Positions 11,538 through 21,109 of a stretch of 64,000 nt of DNA are shown here, piece by piece. The DNA is from an uncultured Planctomycetaceae bacterium (GTDB lineage Bacteria > Planctomycetota > Planctomycetia > Planctomycetales > Planctomycetaceae). The DNA is taken from contig CAWFGE010000022.1 in the NCBI GenBank assembly GCA_963815195.1, forward strand, positions 128,001 through 192,000, written 5' to 3'. A program made the position numbers and the translations under genes. A model generated the notes under the pieces. The model had not been told where the DNA came from. It saw nothing but the letters and a program-made list of their open reading frames with translations, and did not search any database. Positions within the stretch are counted from its first letter, which is position 1. Every line of letters begins with the position of its first letter.

Positions 11538-12926
11538 ATGAAAGAATTCGACCTGATCGTGATCGGAGCCGGGCCGGGGGGTTATGTCGCGGCGATTCGC
11601 GCGGCTCAACTCGGGATGCGGGTCGCTTGCGTCGACAAGAACCCACAACTCGGCGGCACGTGCTTGCGCGTGGGCTGCATTCCCAGCAAGGCACTGCTGG
11701 AATCCAGCGAACTCTATGTCCAAACGCAAAACTCGCTGAAAGAGCACGGCATCGAAGCGGGCGACGTGCGGCTCGATCTGGCCAAGATGCTCAAACGCAA
11801 AGACCGCGTCGTCGAGGCCCTCACCAAAGGCGTCGCCGGCCTGTTTCGGCAGCACAAGATCGAGCACGTTTTAGGCGTCGGCCGATTGCAACCTCAGCAA
11901 CGGGTGCGGGTCGAATCGGAGGAAGGCAAGAATATCGAGCTTCAGGCGAAGCACATCCTCATCGCCACCGGCAGCCGCCCCGCCATGCTCAAAGGCGTAG
12001 AACCGGACGGCCAGCTCATCGGCACCAGCACCGAAGCCCTGGCTTATGACGATGTGCCCAAGCATCTCGCGGTGATTGGGGCGGGTTACATCGGGCTGGA
12101 AATGGGCGCGGTGTGGAGCCGGCTGGGAGCGAAGGTCACGATCCTGGAGTATCTCGACCGGATCCTGCCCGGCACCGATGCCGAGGTTGCCGCCCAGGCC
12201 CAGAAGATTTTCAAAAAGCAGGGATTGGAGTTTCGCTTACAGAGCCGGGTGACGGGCGTCCGCGCAAAGAAACAAAAATGCCGGGTCGAATGCGAGAACG
12301 CGGAGCCGATCGAATGCGATCGCGTCCTCGTGGCCGCCGGCCGTGCACCGAACACGGAAGGCTTGGATCTCGAAGCGATCGGCTTGGAGACGGACCAAAA
12401 GGGTTTCATTCCCGTGGATGAGTCCTTTCAAACCACAGTGGAAAACGTGTACGCCATCGGGGATGTCATCGGCGGAGCGATGCTCGCGCACAAAGCCGAG
12501 GATGAGGGCGTGGCCTGTGTGGAAACGATCGCGGGCGGGTATGGGCGCGTCCATTATCAAGCGATTCCGAGCATCGTTTACACCCATCCCGAAATCGCCG
12601 CCGTCGGCCGCACGGAAGAAGCCCTTCAACAAGCCGGCATTGATTACCTTAGCGGAAAATTTCCCTTCCGCGCGAACGGCCGAGCGCGGGCCCTTGCGGA
12701 GACGGACGGCTTCGTCAAAATCCTCGCCGACGCCAAGACGGACCGCATTTTAGGCGTGCACATCTTGGGGCCGCGGGCGGGCGACCTGATTGCCGAGGCC
12801 GCGGTCGCGATCGAATTCGGCGCGAGCAGCGAAGACATCGCCCGCAGCTCGCACGCGCATCCAACGCTGTCCGAAGTGCTCCGCGAAGCCGCCCTGGACG
12901 TGGACGGCCGCGCGATTCACAAGTGA
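11538..12926 (+). CDS. lpdA: dihydrolipoyl dehydrogenase E3
   Basis: GAGPGG, GGTCLRVGCIPSK, HAHPTLSE. Confidence 0.97.
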   Translation: MKEFDLIVIGAGPGGYVAAIRAAQLGMRVACVDKNPQLGGTCLRVGCIPSKALLESSELYVQTQNSLKEHGIEAGDVRLDLAKMLKRKDRVVEALTKGVAGLFRQHKIEHVLGVGRLQPQQRVRVESEEGKNIELQAKHILIATGSRPAMLKGVEPDGQLIGTSTEALAYDDVPKHLAVIGAGYIGLEMGAVWSRLGAKVTILEYLDRILPGTDAEVAAQAQKIFKKQGLEFRLQSRVTGVRAKKQKCRVECENAEPIECDRVLVAAGRAPNTEGLDLEAIGLETDQKGFIPVDESFQTTVENVYAIGDVIGGAMLAHKAEDEGVACVETIAGGYGRVHYQAIPSIVYTHPEIAAVGRTEEALQQAGIDYLSGKFPFRANGRARALAETDGFVKILADAKTDRILGVHILGPRAGDLIAEAAVAIEFGASSEDIARSSHAHPTLSEVLREAALDVDGRAIHK

Positions 12927-12929
12927 GGC

Positions 12930-14630
12930 TCAATGATCCGCCGGCCCGGCGACGCCTCCGACGTACTCCGCGTCGTTCGCCTCATGCCCGGTGAGCACCT
13001 CGGCCTCGTAACCGCCTTTGGATTTGAAGTACAGGAACAACCCGATGTAGCAGACCAGCATGAACATCGGGAAGAACGCCATTTTGGCGAGAGCATCGAA
13101 CTGCCCGGCCTGGTCGGCGGCGGCCAACGCGGACTTGGCGTCTTTGTCTTTTTCTTCCACCTCTTTTTTGATGTCCGGGTCAATCGCGTGATAGGCGAGG
13201 CCCATGTATTTCTTTTCCTTCAGGACTTCCTTCGCGACCGGTTCGGATGTCGCTTGGAGTTCCGTGCTGGCCGTGCGTTCTTGCAGGAAGCCGATGTAGG
13301 GAAAGCCCAACACGCCCACGGCGATCATCCCGATTCCGGAAATCGCATTTAAAGTGAGGGCCCCGCCTTTGGGACATTGCTCGGCGGTGATGCCCAGCAT
13401 CGTGGGCCAGAAAAACGTCTTGCCGAAACCGTACAGCGTCGCCGCCCCAAAGATCACCGCCAACCCCGCACCACCCGTCTTCGACAATGCCAAAAGCCCG
13501 GCGATCGCCAAAGCGGAACTCACGGTCAATAACCCGATCGGCGAGAGCTTGTGCACGATCGGCCCCGCGAAAAACCTGAGGACCATCATAATCGCCGAGG
13601 TATAAACCAGCACCCAGCCCGGGTTGTAGTCGGCTTCCTTCATCGGGCCTTCCATCAACCCGTTGATCCAGCCGTCGGTGCCGATTTCGGTTGTGGCGAG
13701 CGGCATCATAATGATGATCAAAAATGCCAAAATTCCCCGGCCCAAGCTTCGCGTATAAACGCCAAAGCCTCCCGCAACGAGGAGGGTCAGAACTCCCACG
13801 ACGATATTTCGTACGGTGTCGAGATTCCACTCCTGCTCGGCCACGAAGTTCTTGACGCCGTCTTGGCTGAAGACGACTTCGCCCAACTGGAGAAAAATCA
13901 AACCGAACCCGATCAAGGCCCCGAACGCGCCGAACTCGGCGAGCATTTCGCGGTAGCTGACGCCGGCTTGCTCGCGTTCGCTCTTCGGGAAAGTCGCCCC
14001 GATCAGCATCACCAGGTAAATCACGGCCGGGACGGCGATGATGCCCAGCACGAGCCGCCAGTCGCCCTCGGCCGCGGTGTCGGACATGGCGATCGTGATC
14101 ACGCCGCCGATCACGAGGCCGCCCGGCCAGCCCGCGTGCAGGATGTTGAGCCATTTGGTTTTTTCCCGGCTGAACATCGTGGCCACGACGGGGTTGATGA
14201 AGGCTTCCACCGTCCCGTTGCCGAGGGCGAGAATGATGCTGCCCCAATACAGATAATTGAAGCCCGTGGCTTGGGCGGCTTTCAATGCCTCGCCGGTGGG
14301 GTGGCCCTGAATGGCCGCATAAGCCATGCAGGCCAGGATGAGATACACCGCGTAGCACACGAACGAGATCAGCATCGCCACGCGGTAGCCGATTTTGTCA
14401 ATCACGAGGCTGAACAGAATGATGGAGATGGCGAACGGCCACACGCCCGCCCCTTTGAGCGCCCCGATGTCGACCTTGTCGATCCCGAAATCCGTGCCAA
14501 ACCGCACGTCGCACAGATACATCCGGCTGAAAAATGCAAAGGATGTCGTCACCAACGCCACGAAACAGCCCCAGAAGAGCATCTTGTTCGGTGCTGCGTT
14601 TTGGCCGCCGTTGGAGGCTGGGTTATTCAT
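12930..14630 (-). CDS. MFS transporter
   Basis: about 12 TM segments, DKIGYR loop, GNGTVEAFINP, LHAGWPGG. Confidence 0.85.
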   Translation of the reverse strand: MNNPASNGGQNAAPNKMLFWGCFVALVTTSFAFFSRMYLCDVRFGTDFGIDKVDIGALKGAGVWPFAISIILFSLVIDKIGYRVAMLISFVCYAVYLILACMAYAAIQGHPTGEALKAAQATGFNYLYWGSIILALGNGTVEAFINPVVATMFSREKTKWLNILHAGWPGGLVIGGVITIAMSDTAAEGDWRLVLGIIAVPAVIYLVMLIGATFPKSEREQAGVSYREMLAEFGAFGALIGFGLIFLQLGEVVFSQDGVKNFVAEQEWNLDTVRNIVVGVLTLLVAGGFGVYTRSLGRGILAFLIIIMMPLATTEIGTDGWINGLMEGPMKEADYNPGWVLVYTSAIMMVLRFFAGPIVHKLSPIGLLTVSSALAIAGLLALSKTGGAGLAVIFGAATLYGFGKTFFWPTMLGITAEQCPKGGALTLNAISGIGMIAVGVLGFPYIGFLQERTASTELQATSEPVAKEVLKEKKYMGLAYHAIDPDIKKEVEEKDKDAKSALAAADQAGQFDALAKMAFFPMFMLVCYIGLFLYFKSKGGYEAEVLTGHEANDAEYVGGVAGPADH

Positions 14631-14939
14631 GTTGTCTCTCTCCGATGTCGCATCAAAGGGAAGATTGAGTGTGAGAAGAACCGCCGGTCGGCTGGAAAGA
14701 CGCGGGCCGGCAGGGGAATGAACTTTGAAGATCGTTCCGATGGAACTTCGCATCCTACACGGAACGCCGGCGAAATGCCATCACGCCCGCGCGATGGAGT
14801 TCGGCTTCACCAATTCCAATTCCCGTAGAACGAAATCACGGACAAAGGGCCGAAGGTCCGGCTCTATGTCAGCCCTGGGGAACCGGAACGAACAAAATGC
14901 AAAAGCCCCAACGTGGAGCCGGGATGCCTTTTAAGGGAA

Positions 14940-15875
14940 TCAAGTCCGTTTGCGGGCGGTGAATTGGTGGTGTTTCTCGGTGGCTTTTTCCACGATGTAC
15001 CCCGAGTGTTTTCCAAACTCCTCGGCGATCTTGTCGGCTCGGGTTTTGTCGATCGGGCCGGCGTGGATGTGGAGCAGGTATCTGAGCACCAGCGGTTTTT
15101 GGCGGGTGGTGGTGAGCGGCGTTTTCATGCACGGGGCCGCGCCCATCCAGCCGTCTTCGCGGACGTGCCAGTGGGTCGGGTGGCCTGGGTTTTGGGGGTG
15201 ATCGAAATAGGTGATGCCCTCCCAAAGGTGTCTGCCGATCGCGGGTTCCTTGGCGGGGACGGGGCCGCTGTAGTCCATCCAGCGGGCTTTCTTGCCGAAG
15301 ATCGCCGGCTCTCCCTTTTGGCCTTCGCTATTGGTGAGGCTGCCGCCGCCGAAGTATTCGGAGAGATTCTTCGCGACCCGCACCGCGAGGAAGCCGAAGT
15401 TCGTCTGCCCGAACTCGAGCGATTCGGCCTTGGGCGTGAAGGTCGATTGCAGCTCCAGGGCCCATTCGCCTTTTTCCAGCGGGCGGACGGCGGCGACGAC
15501 ATCCTGCTCGAGGAGATGCGCGGGATCGTGGCCGTCGTACCAGCGGAGCCGAGTGGCGAGCAGGGCTTCGTCGTCGCCGTCTTCATAGGCGAGCCAGTGC
15601 AGTTGGCGGATGCGGGCGGCGGTATTGTCGCTCCAGAAATCGATGCCCAGGACTTTATTATGGGCGAACCACACCGAGCGGTGATGATCGTGGTTCGGCG
15701 CCCCGGGATGGCCCATCCGCGTGAGCGAACTCCCCGTGGGTCCGGTGATCGGATAGAAAAACGGCCGCGGATAATCGGCCCCGTAATGCCAGCGCAGAAG
15801 CTCGCGCCCATCGATCAAAACCGCCGTCTGATGATCCGCCAACGGCAACACCCGGCATCGGGGGAAATCGCTCAT
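14940..15875 (-). CDS. DUF6807 ('PmoA'-named) hypothetical protein
   Basis: RPFFYP, DHHRSVWFAH, WMDYSG, FDHPQNP, WHVRE motifs. Confidence 0.7.
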   Translation of the reverse strand: MSDFPRCRVLPLADHQTAVLIDGRELLRWHYGADYPRPFFYPITGPTGSSLTRMGHPGAPNHDHHRSVWFAHNKVLGIDFWSDNTAARIRQLHWLAYEDGDDEALLATRLRWYDGHDPAHLLEQDVVAAVRPLEKGEWALELQSTFTPKAESLEFGQTNFGFLAVRVAKNLSEYFGGGSLTNSEGQKGEPAIFGKKARWMDYSGPVPAKEPAIGRHLWEGITYFDHPQNPGHPTHWHVREDGWMGAAPCMKTPLTTTRQKPLVLRYLLHIHAGPIDKTRADKIAEEFGKHSGYIVEKATEKHHQFTARKRT

Positions 15876-15933
15876 CCCGTTTTCCTCAAACCATGCATCG
15901 GAAACCAGCCGCAAGCAATCGGCTGATAAATTC

Positions 15934-15997
15934 ATTAGCCGCAGGACGCTCGCCCCGGTTCAGTGGGACAACCGGCCGCGAACGCATGCCCGCTGAA
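15934..15997. repeat. REP-like family A (ATTAGCCGCAGG...GCCCCGGTT)
   Basis: related copies at 19041-19086, 19110-19170 and 50897-50942. Confidence 0.7.
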
Positions 15998-16040
15998 CGA
16001 TACCAGGGTATCTCACACCGCAGCTGTTTCCAATGGTGGT

Positions 16041-16070
16041 TTAGAAGCCGTTGATGACCTCGCCGCCGCG
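16041..16070 (-). pseudogene. orphan duplicate of the last 9 codons plus stop of the downstream DUF1559 gene
   Basis: reads RGGEVINGF* like 16448-16477, differing only at synonymous positions. Confidence 0.75.
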
Positions 16071-16073
16071 GCT

Positions 16074-16417
16074 GGGTGGCTGGGGCGCAGATTCCTCGAT
16101 GAAACAAGTGAGGCAAACGAATACTGGGGCGACGGACGCGCGAGAAGCACGCGCACGGCCCCAGCTTTCGAAACGCGTTTTTCGTTTGATCCATTGCTTT
16201 GCACCCAGCCACCCCCACTGAATCTCAAAATGCCGGATTCATTTTAACTCAAACAGTAAGCGGTTGGGTGGCTGGGGCGCAGATTCCTCGATGAATCAAT
16301 TGAGGCAAACGAATACTGGGGCGACGGACGCGCGAGAAGCACGCGCACGGCCCCAGCTTTCGAAACGCGTTTTTCGCTTGATCCATTGCTTTGCGCCCCA
16401 GCCACCCCCACTGAATC
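16074..16417. repeat. two direct copies of a ~150-bp element with terminal inverted repeats
   Basis: 16074-16224 and 16266-16417 are near identical; ends GGGTGGCTGGGGCGCA...TGCGCCCCAGCCACCC. Confidence 0.9.
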
Positions 16418-16447
16418 GCTGACTGCCGCTTCGCGGCTGAGGACTCC

Positions 16448-18997
16448 TCAAAAGCCGTTGATGACTTCTCCGCCGCGGATGGTGATGAGTCCTTCCATCG
16501 TGTTGGGGTCGATGGCTTGCGAAATGAACTTCACGGAACCGTCGCCCATCAGCATGTGGCAGCCGCCGGGGAACGGGCCGCCGATGCCGTCGGGGCCGTT
16601 GATGTAGGGCTTTTTGGTGAGCGAGCGGATGGTGGCGTTGCCGCCGGCGGACCAGCCGCCGAAGTCTTTCGACGCTTCGCTGATCATCACCGTGTTGGAC
16701 GTGCCGTCGGTGATGTCTCGGAAGCGGGTCTTGCGGTTGTAGCCGAACACGCCGGCCCGGTTGCTGGTTATGGGCAAAAGCGCGGCGTCCTTGCCGATGC
16801 CCGCCATGCCCACGTAATGTGTGGCGCCGAATTTGACTTCCGTTGTCTTCGGAGGCTGCGGTTTCATGCCCGGGTTCTCGAACACCGCGATCTTCGTTTC
16901 GACAACCTGGCGGTTGGCTTTGTCTTTCCAGCCGCCTTCTTTGTCGACTTTCTGATAGAGCGCAGCCTGTTCGACGAAGGGCAAAAGCTCGACGAAGAAG
17001 CTCAGGCGTTCGTCGGGTTTGAGTTTTTCGTTGGGGATCGTGCCCGCCGGGAAGGATTGATGCACATCGTGATAGTTGTGCATCGCCAATCCCAATTGTT
17101 TGAGGTTGTTCTTGGATTGGCTGCGGAGCGCGGCAACGCGCGCTTGTTGAATGGCCGGCAAAAGAAACGCCGGCACGATTGTGACCAGAGGCCCATTCCC
17201 GCCGCCCGGTCCGCCCAGGATCGGCAGCGAAGGCAGCGAAGACCGCGAAGTCCAACGATAGCCGTCCTCGTCCATCGTCATCGTCCGCACGTTGGGGAAC
17301 AGCGGCCCCGCGATCAGTTCCGCGGGCGGCAAGTCGGAAAGCATCCAAGGCAGATTGGCGTTCCGCGGCAGCGTTTGTTGGCCTTTGAGGGATGCGACCA
17401 GAGTGGCCATCGCAAACGGGGCCGCCTTCAAGAGGCTCTGATAAATCACACGCGGATTCGAGACGCCGATGGACGTGAACTTTTCGGGAATCACCGGAAC
17501 CCCGGCCTCTTTGAGTTGGTCTTTCGACCACCGGGGCAGCTTGCCGTCGAGCCTGAGGAAAAAAGCTTCCACGGGCTGGGGCATGAGGGCGATGACCATC
17601 CATTCTTCATCGATGCCGATGCCCAACCCTTGCACGACCTTTCCGAATTCCAGATGCCAAATCTCTCGGCCCTGTTTTGTCGCCCGGTGAATTTTGGCGA
17701 CTTCCTCTTCCGGGGCGAGGCTGTTGAGCTTATCGACGATCTTCTCGAACGACGCTCGGAGTTTTTTCGCGTCTTTGACTTGGACGATCAGCGTGCCGCC
17801 GGTGCCCACGAAGCCCTGCTCGGGATCATCGCAGACCACGACGACGGGGCCCATGGCCTCGAGGAAGTCGGCTTTGGGGTCGAAGCCCAGGAAGTTGGGG
17901 ATCGTGTCGATGACCCGCTCGACTTCCTTCGCGGCCTCTTCGGGACCGTAGGCCATGCTTTCGCGAATCGCTTCGCGGATCGTTTCATAAGCGGCCGCGG
18001 GCTTCATCGACGCGGCAAGAAAGCTGTTGGTGTTTTTCGGCAAAGGCGGCAGGTCGTCGAACGAAATCTCCTCGCCTTCCAGCACCTTGAGGAGGCCTCT
18101 TCGCTCGCCCGTCGTCTTGAGCCGGGTTTCCGACCAGAGGGCTTTGCCTTCGTAGCCGGCTTTCATCACGAACTCTTCGATGGCGTCCAGCCCCAGGACT
18201 TCCAAGGCGTCCTTGACCAACAACGGCCGGCCTTCGGGAACGGGGATGGGAAACCCGCCCAGCTTTTGACGGAGAGCCTGGGCGTCGAGCCAGGCGACCG
18301 AGGTGAGCGTGCGGTTTTCCTTCGCAGAGCCCTTCGACCAGAGCCGATGTTTGGTGATGTTGGGCTGTTGGCCGGTCGCGACGCGGACGGTGTTCTGCAC
18401 GGGATCGACGCCTGCGGCGATCACCAGGTGCCCGCCCTCGGCCCACCACGCCAAATCCATCGCCGGCGTCTTCGACAGATGCGCGAGATGCACCGCGCGG
18501 TTCTCGATGTCGCGGATTTCGGATTCGATCCCCTGCTCCGCTAAGAGCGTGGAGCCTTCGGACACGAGGTCTTCATACTTCGCCGCGTGATGCAATACCA
18601 ACGTCACCCGCGGCAGCGGCGGCCCCGGCGGAATGGAAACCGCGAGCGAGCCGCCGTATTCGGACAGATGCTTCGCCAAGGCTTCGACCTGCGGGTTGAA
18701 CGTCCCCGGCGCTTGCTGCTTCAAAAACTCGACGAGCTTTTGAAGTAGCTCGTCCACACGCGCTGCCGCGAGGGCTTCGTGAGCCGCGGTTTGCTCCCAG
18801 GCGGCGGCGTGTTGTTTCGTGCCGTCGTGCCGGGCGTAGAACACCGTATCGGCCGGGAGCAGCGTCTCCACCGCGATGTCCGGTTTGGCTTTCTCCACCG
18901 AGTCCTCCGTGCGGTCGGCCCAGATCTCCCAAGCCGCGACCAAACTGACGCCCAGCACAATCAAACCCCATCCCCAGTTCGCCCAACGCGCGGACAT
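16448..18997 (-). CDS. large membrane-anchored protein with C-terminal DUF1559 domain
   Basis: N-terminal TM, long periplasmic region, then LLPAIQQAR...SKNNLKQLGLAMHNY...ITDGTSNT...MGDGSVKF. Confidence 0.88.
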   Translation of the reverse strand: MSARWANWGWGLIVLGVSLVAAWEIWADRTEDSVEKAKPDIAVETLLPADTVFYARHDGTKQHAAAWEQTAAHEALAAARVDELLQKLVEFLKQQAPGTFNPQVEALAKHLSEYGGSLAVSIPPGPPLPRVTLVLHHAAKYEDLVSEGSTLLAEQGIESEIRDIENRAVHLAHLSKTPAMDLAWWAEGGHLVIAAGVDPVQNTVRVATGQQPNITKHRLWSKGSAKENRTLTSVAWLDAQALRQKLGGFPIPVPEGRPLLVKDALEVLGLDAIEEFVMKAGYEGKALWSETRLKTTGERRGLLKVLEGEEISFDDLPPLPKNTNSFLAASMKPAAAYETIREAIRESMAYGPEEAAKEVERVIDTIPNFLGFDPKADFLEAMGPVVVVCDDPEQGFVGTGGTLIVQVKDAKKLRASFEKIVDKLNSLAPEEEVAKIHRATKQGREIWHLEFGKVVQGLGIGIDEEWMVIALMPQPVEAFFLRLDGKLPRWSKDQLKEAGVPVIPEKFTSIGVSNPRVIYQSLLKAAPFAMATLVASLKGQQTLPRNANLPWMLSDLPPAELIAGPLFPNVRTMTMDEDGYRWTSRSSLPSLPILGGPGGGNGPLVTIVPAFLLPAIQQARVAALRSQSKNNLKQLGLAMHNYHDVHQSFPAGTIPNEKLKPDERLSFFVELLPFVEQAALYQKVDKEGGWKDKANRQVVETKIAVFENPGMKPQPPKTTEVKFGATHYVGMAGIGKDAALLPITSNRAGVFGYNRKTRFRDITDGTSNTVMISEASKDFGGWSAGGNATIRSLTKKPYINGPDGIGGPFPGGCHMLMGDGSVKFISQAIDPNTMEGLITIRGGEVINGF

Positions 18998-19040
18998 GAT
19001 GTTTTCTCCTTGATCTGTAAATGCTCGGATCGCTCGATGT

Positions 19041-19268
19041 GATTAGCCGCAGGGGGGCACCGCCCGTAGGGTGGTCCGCCCCGGTTCGTGTGATGTTCCT
19101 GCTGTCGTTGAACCGGAAGCTAGCGCGTGCCGGCTGATGGTGATGAGCCGCAGGGCGCTCGCCCCGGTTCGTGTGATCTCTCCACTCTCGCTGCGGCCAA
19201 CGGTCTCGTTGTTCGTCAGCTTTTTAACTAATCCACATAACCAGGGGGCTGACGCCCCCCGCTCGCCT
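19041..19268. repeat. cluster of REP-like palindromes (families A and B)
   Basis: 19041-19086 matches 50897-50942 with 2 mismatches; 19239-19268 matches 22474-22502 (inverted) and 22580-22609. Confidence 0.8.
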
Positions 19269-21109
19269 TAATTTGAAAACCTTGCGGCTTCTCTGGGGTC
19301 GATGAGGTTGTCTTGGTCTTGATCCAGCCGACGGAAGAGTTCGGGTTTGCCCAGAAACTCGCGGATGGAAACGTCGCCGTCGCTGTTCTTGTCCATCGCC
19401 TGGAACCACTTGGGGCCTTTGACGAGCTGCTGCATCGTCGGGTTTTGCGTGTTGCCGTTTTGCGGGGACAACAATCCCGGCAGGTCGGGGAGGCCGGGGC
19501 CAAAGGACACGCGGTACACGTGCGGGATTTCGCCCGAGTCCAGGCTGCCGCTGCCGTTTTTGTCCCAGACCGTCAGCCGGTCGGCGGCGGTCAGCCATTC
19601 CCGCGGGCTAATCCGCAGGTTGCGATCGGCATCGAGCACCGCAAACAAGTCCTGCCCCGCATCCTGCACCGTCATTCGCGTATGCGAGCGGGCAAACTGA
19701 ATTGCATCGGTCACCGGCGGCTGCCATTCTTCGGGATAGAGCTTCCCGTCGCTGTCGGTGTCGTACGTTTTGAAATGGTTGCGAAAGAACACATCCCGAT
19801 TGGATTCGTTCTGCTCGAGATAGCCGTTGTTGTCGCCGTCGGCCTGTTTGAATCGCTCTTCCAGCGATTCCATCACCATCTCGGGCCGGAGTCCGCCGGC
19901 GTCGATCTCGATTTGAATGTCGCCCGCCATCAGGCTCAACGTGCCCGCCGCGGTTTTCTTCACGGTGACGGGAGATTTCTCGGCCGTCACGGTTCCCGAA
20001 AACGTTGGTTCCTCTTTCGCATCGGTTGGCAATTGCACGCGGACCTTGACCATCGGCTGCGGCGTTTCCAGGTACGCCCTCAGTTCAAACTCGTCCAAGG
20101 TCCCGTTGCCGTCGCGGTCGAACCGATCCTCGATCCCTTTCGGCATCTTTAAGACTTCCGGCGGGACGCCTCGGACTTTGACCGTTTTCTCGTCTTCGGG
20201 TTGATCCTCCTTGACGATCCGCGTGATCAACCGCCGGGAGATTTCCGGCCGGGCGTAACGCGTCATCAACTTCCGGACGATGCGGGTTTTGGATCGGTCC
20301 GAAGGCACCGCGAAAAACGGGGTTTCGGTGGTCTGGTTGGACTGGCTGGCCCGAAAGAACGGATTCTCCACGCCCTGGAGTTCGTTGAGGCTGATGGTTT
20401 CGTCCGCGTCGAGATCGTATTTCCTCAAGGTGCGGGGCGCGGTGCGGAGTTCCTCGGCGGAGAGTTGGCGGTTGCCGTCTTGATCCAGCCAGGACAAGAG
20501 CCGCTCGCCCGAGTTGTTCGTGTTCGTCGGCTGCGGGCTGAGCAGGGCGTCAGTTTTGTTGGACGCTTCGGTCTGGAACGCGCCCCGGCCTTGCCGGCCT
20601 AGAAACGCTGCGATCTCATCCGGAGTCAGCTTTCCGTCGCGAGGCTCGGCGTCGGCTTCCCAGAGGCTCGGCGTCTGGAGCAGCGGCGCGGGGATCGGCT
20701 TTCGCGGCTTCTTGTCGGTGGCCTTTTGAGCCACCGCCGGCTGGTTCGGGTCGGCTGGTGGTTCTTTGTTGGGCTGATCGGTCTCGTTTCGCGTCAAGAC
20801 GCCGTTCTTGTCTTTGTCCAATTGGCGGATGATCGCGTTCAATCCGTTTCGCCAGGCGGCTGTGAAGGCTTGGTCGCCGATGGTGATTTGGAGTTCGATG
20901 AGGAGCGGTTCTTTGTTGCCACAGAAGATGACGGTTTGCGCCCGGGTGTTGTCGTCGGCATTTGCGGGTTGGGTCGCGGTGATTGCTGTCAGGATCACCG
21001 CTAAGCGAGCGAATAGACGCAGCCCCCTCACCCTAACCCTCTCCCCCGAGGGGAGAGGGGACAAAGCCTTTGCGACCGCGCCGGCATGTTTTTCTAAGTG
21101 GCGGCTCAT
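19268..21109 (-). CDS. secreted multi-EF-hand protein
   Basis: repeated DxDxxG loops (DKDKNGVL, DQDGNRQL, DRDGNGTL, DKNSDGDV); ATG overlaps the DUF1501 stop (ATGA). Confidence 0.85.
   Translation of the reverse strand: MSRHLEKHAGAVAKALSPLPSGERVRVRGLRLFARLAVILTAITATQPANADDNTRAQTVIFCGNKEPLLIELQITIGDQAFTAAWRNGLNAIIRQLDKDKNGVLTRNETDQPNKEPPADPNQPAVAQKATDKKPRKPIPAPLLQTPSLWEADAEPRDGKLTPDEIAAFLGRQGRGAFQTEASNKTDALLSPQPTNTNNSGERLLSWLDQDGNRQLSAEELRTAPRTLRKYDLDADETISLNELQGVENPFFRASQSNQTTETPFFAVPSDRSKTRIVRKLMTRYARPEISRRLITRIVKEDQPEDEKTVKVRGVPPEVLKMPKGIEDRFDRDGNGTLDEFELRAYLETPQPMVKVRVQLPTDAKEEPTFSGTVTAEKSPVTVKKTAAGTLSLMAGDIQIEIDAGGLRPEMVMESLEERFKQADGDNNGYLEQNESNRDVFFRNHFKTYDTDSDGKLYPEEWQPPVTDAIQFARSHTRMTVQDAGQDLFAVLDADRNLRISPREWLTAADRLTVWDKNGSGSLDSGEIPHVYRVSFGPGLPDLPGLLSPQNGNTQNPTMQQLVKGPKWFQAMDKNSDGDVSIREFLGKPELFRRLDQDQDNLIDPREAARFSN

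Noticed and set aside
7314..12926. Novelty in sucA-sucB-lpdA
   Set aside because: Ordinary 2-oxoglutarate dehydrogenase operon.
14940..15875. Particulate methane monooxygenase subunit
   Set aside because: The 'PmoA' family name is misleading; this is a soluble protein with no TM helices and no pmoB or pmoC nearby.
16074..16417. CRISPR array
   Set aside because: Only two ~150-bp units with terminal inverted repeats; no repeat-spacer periodicity.
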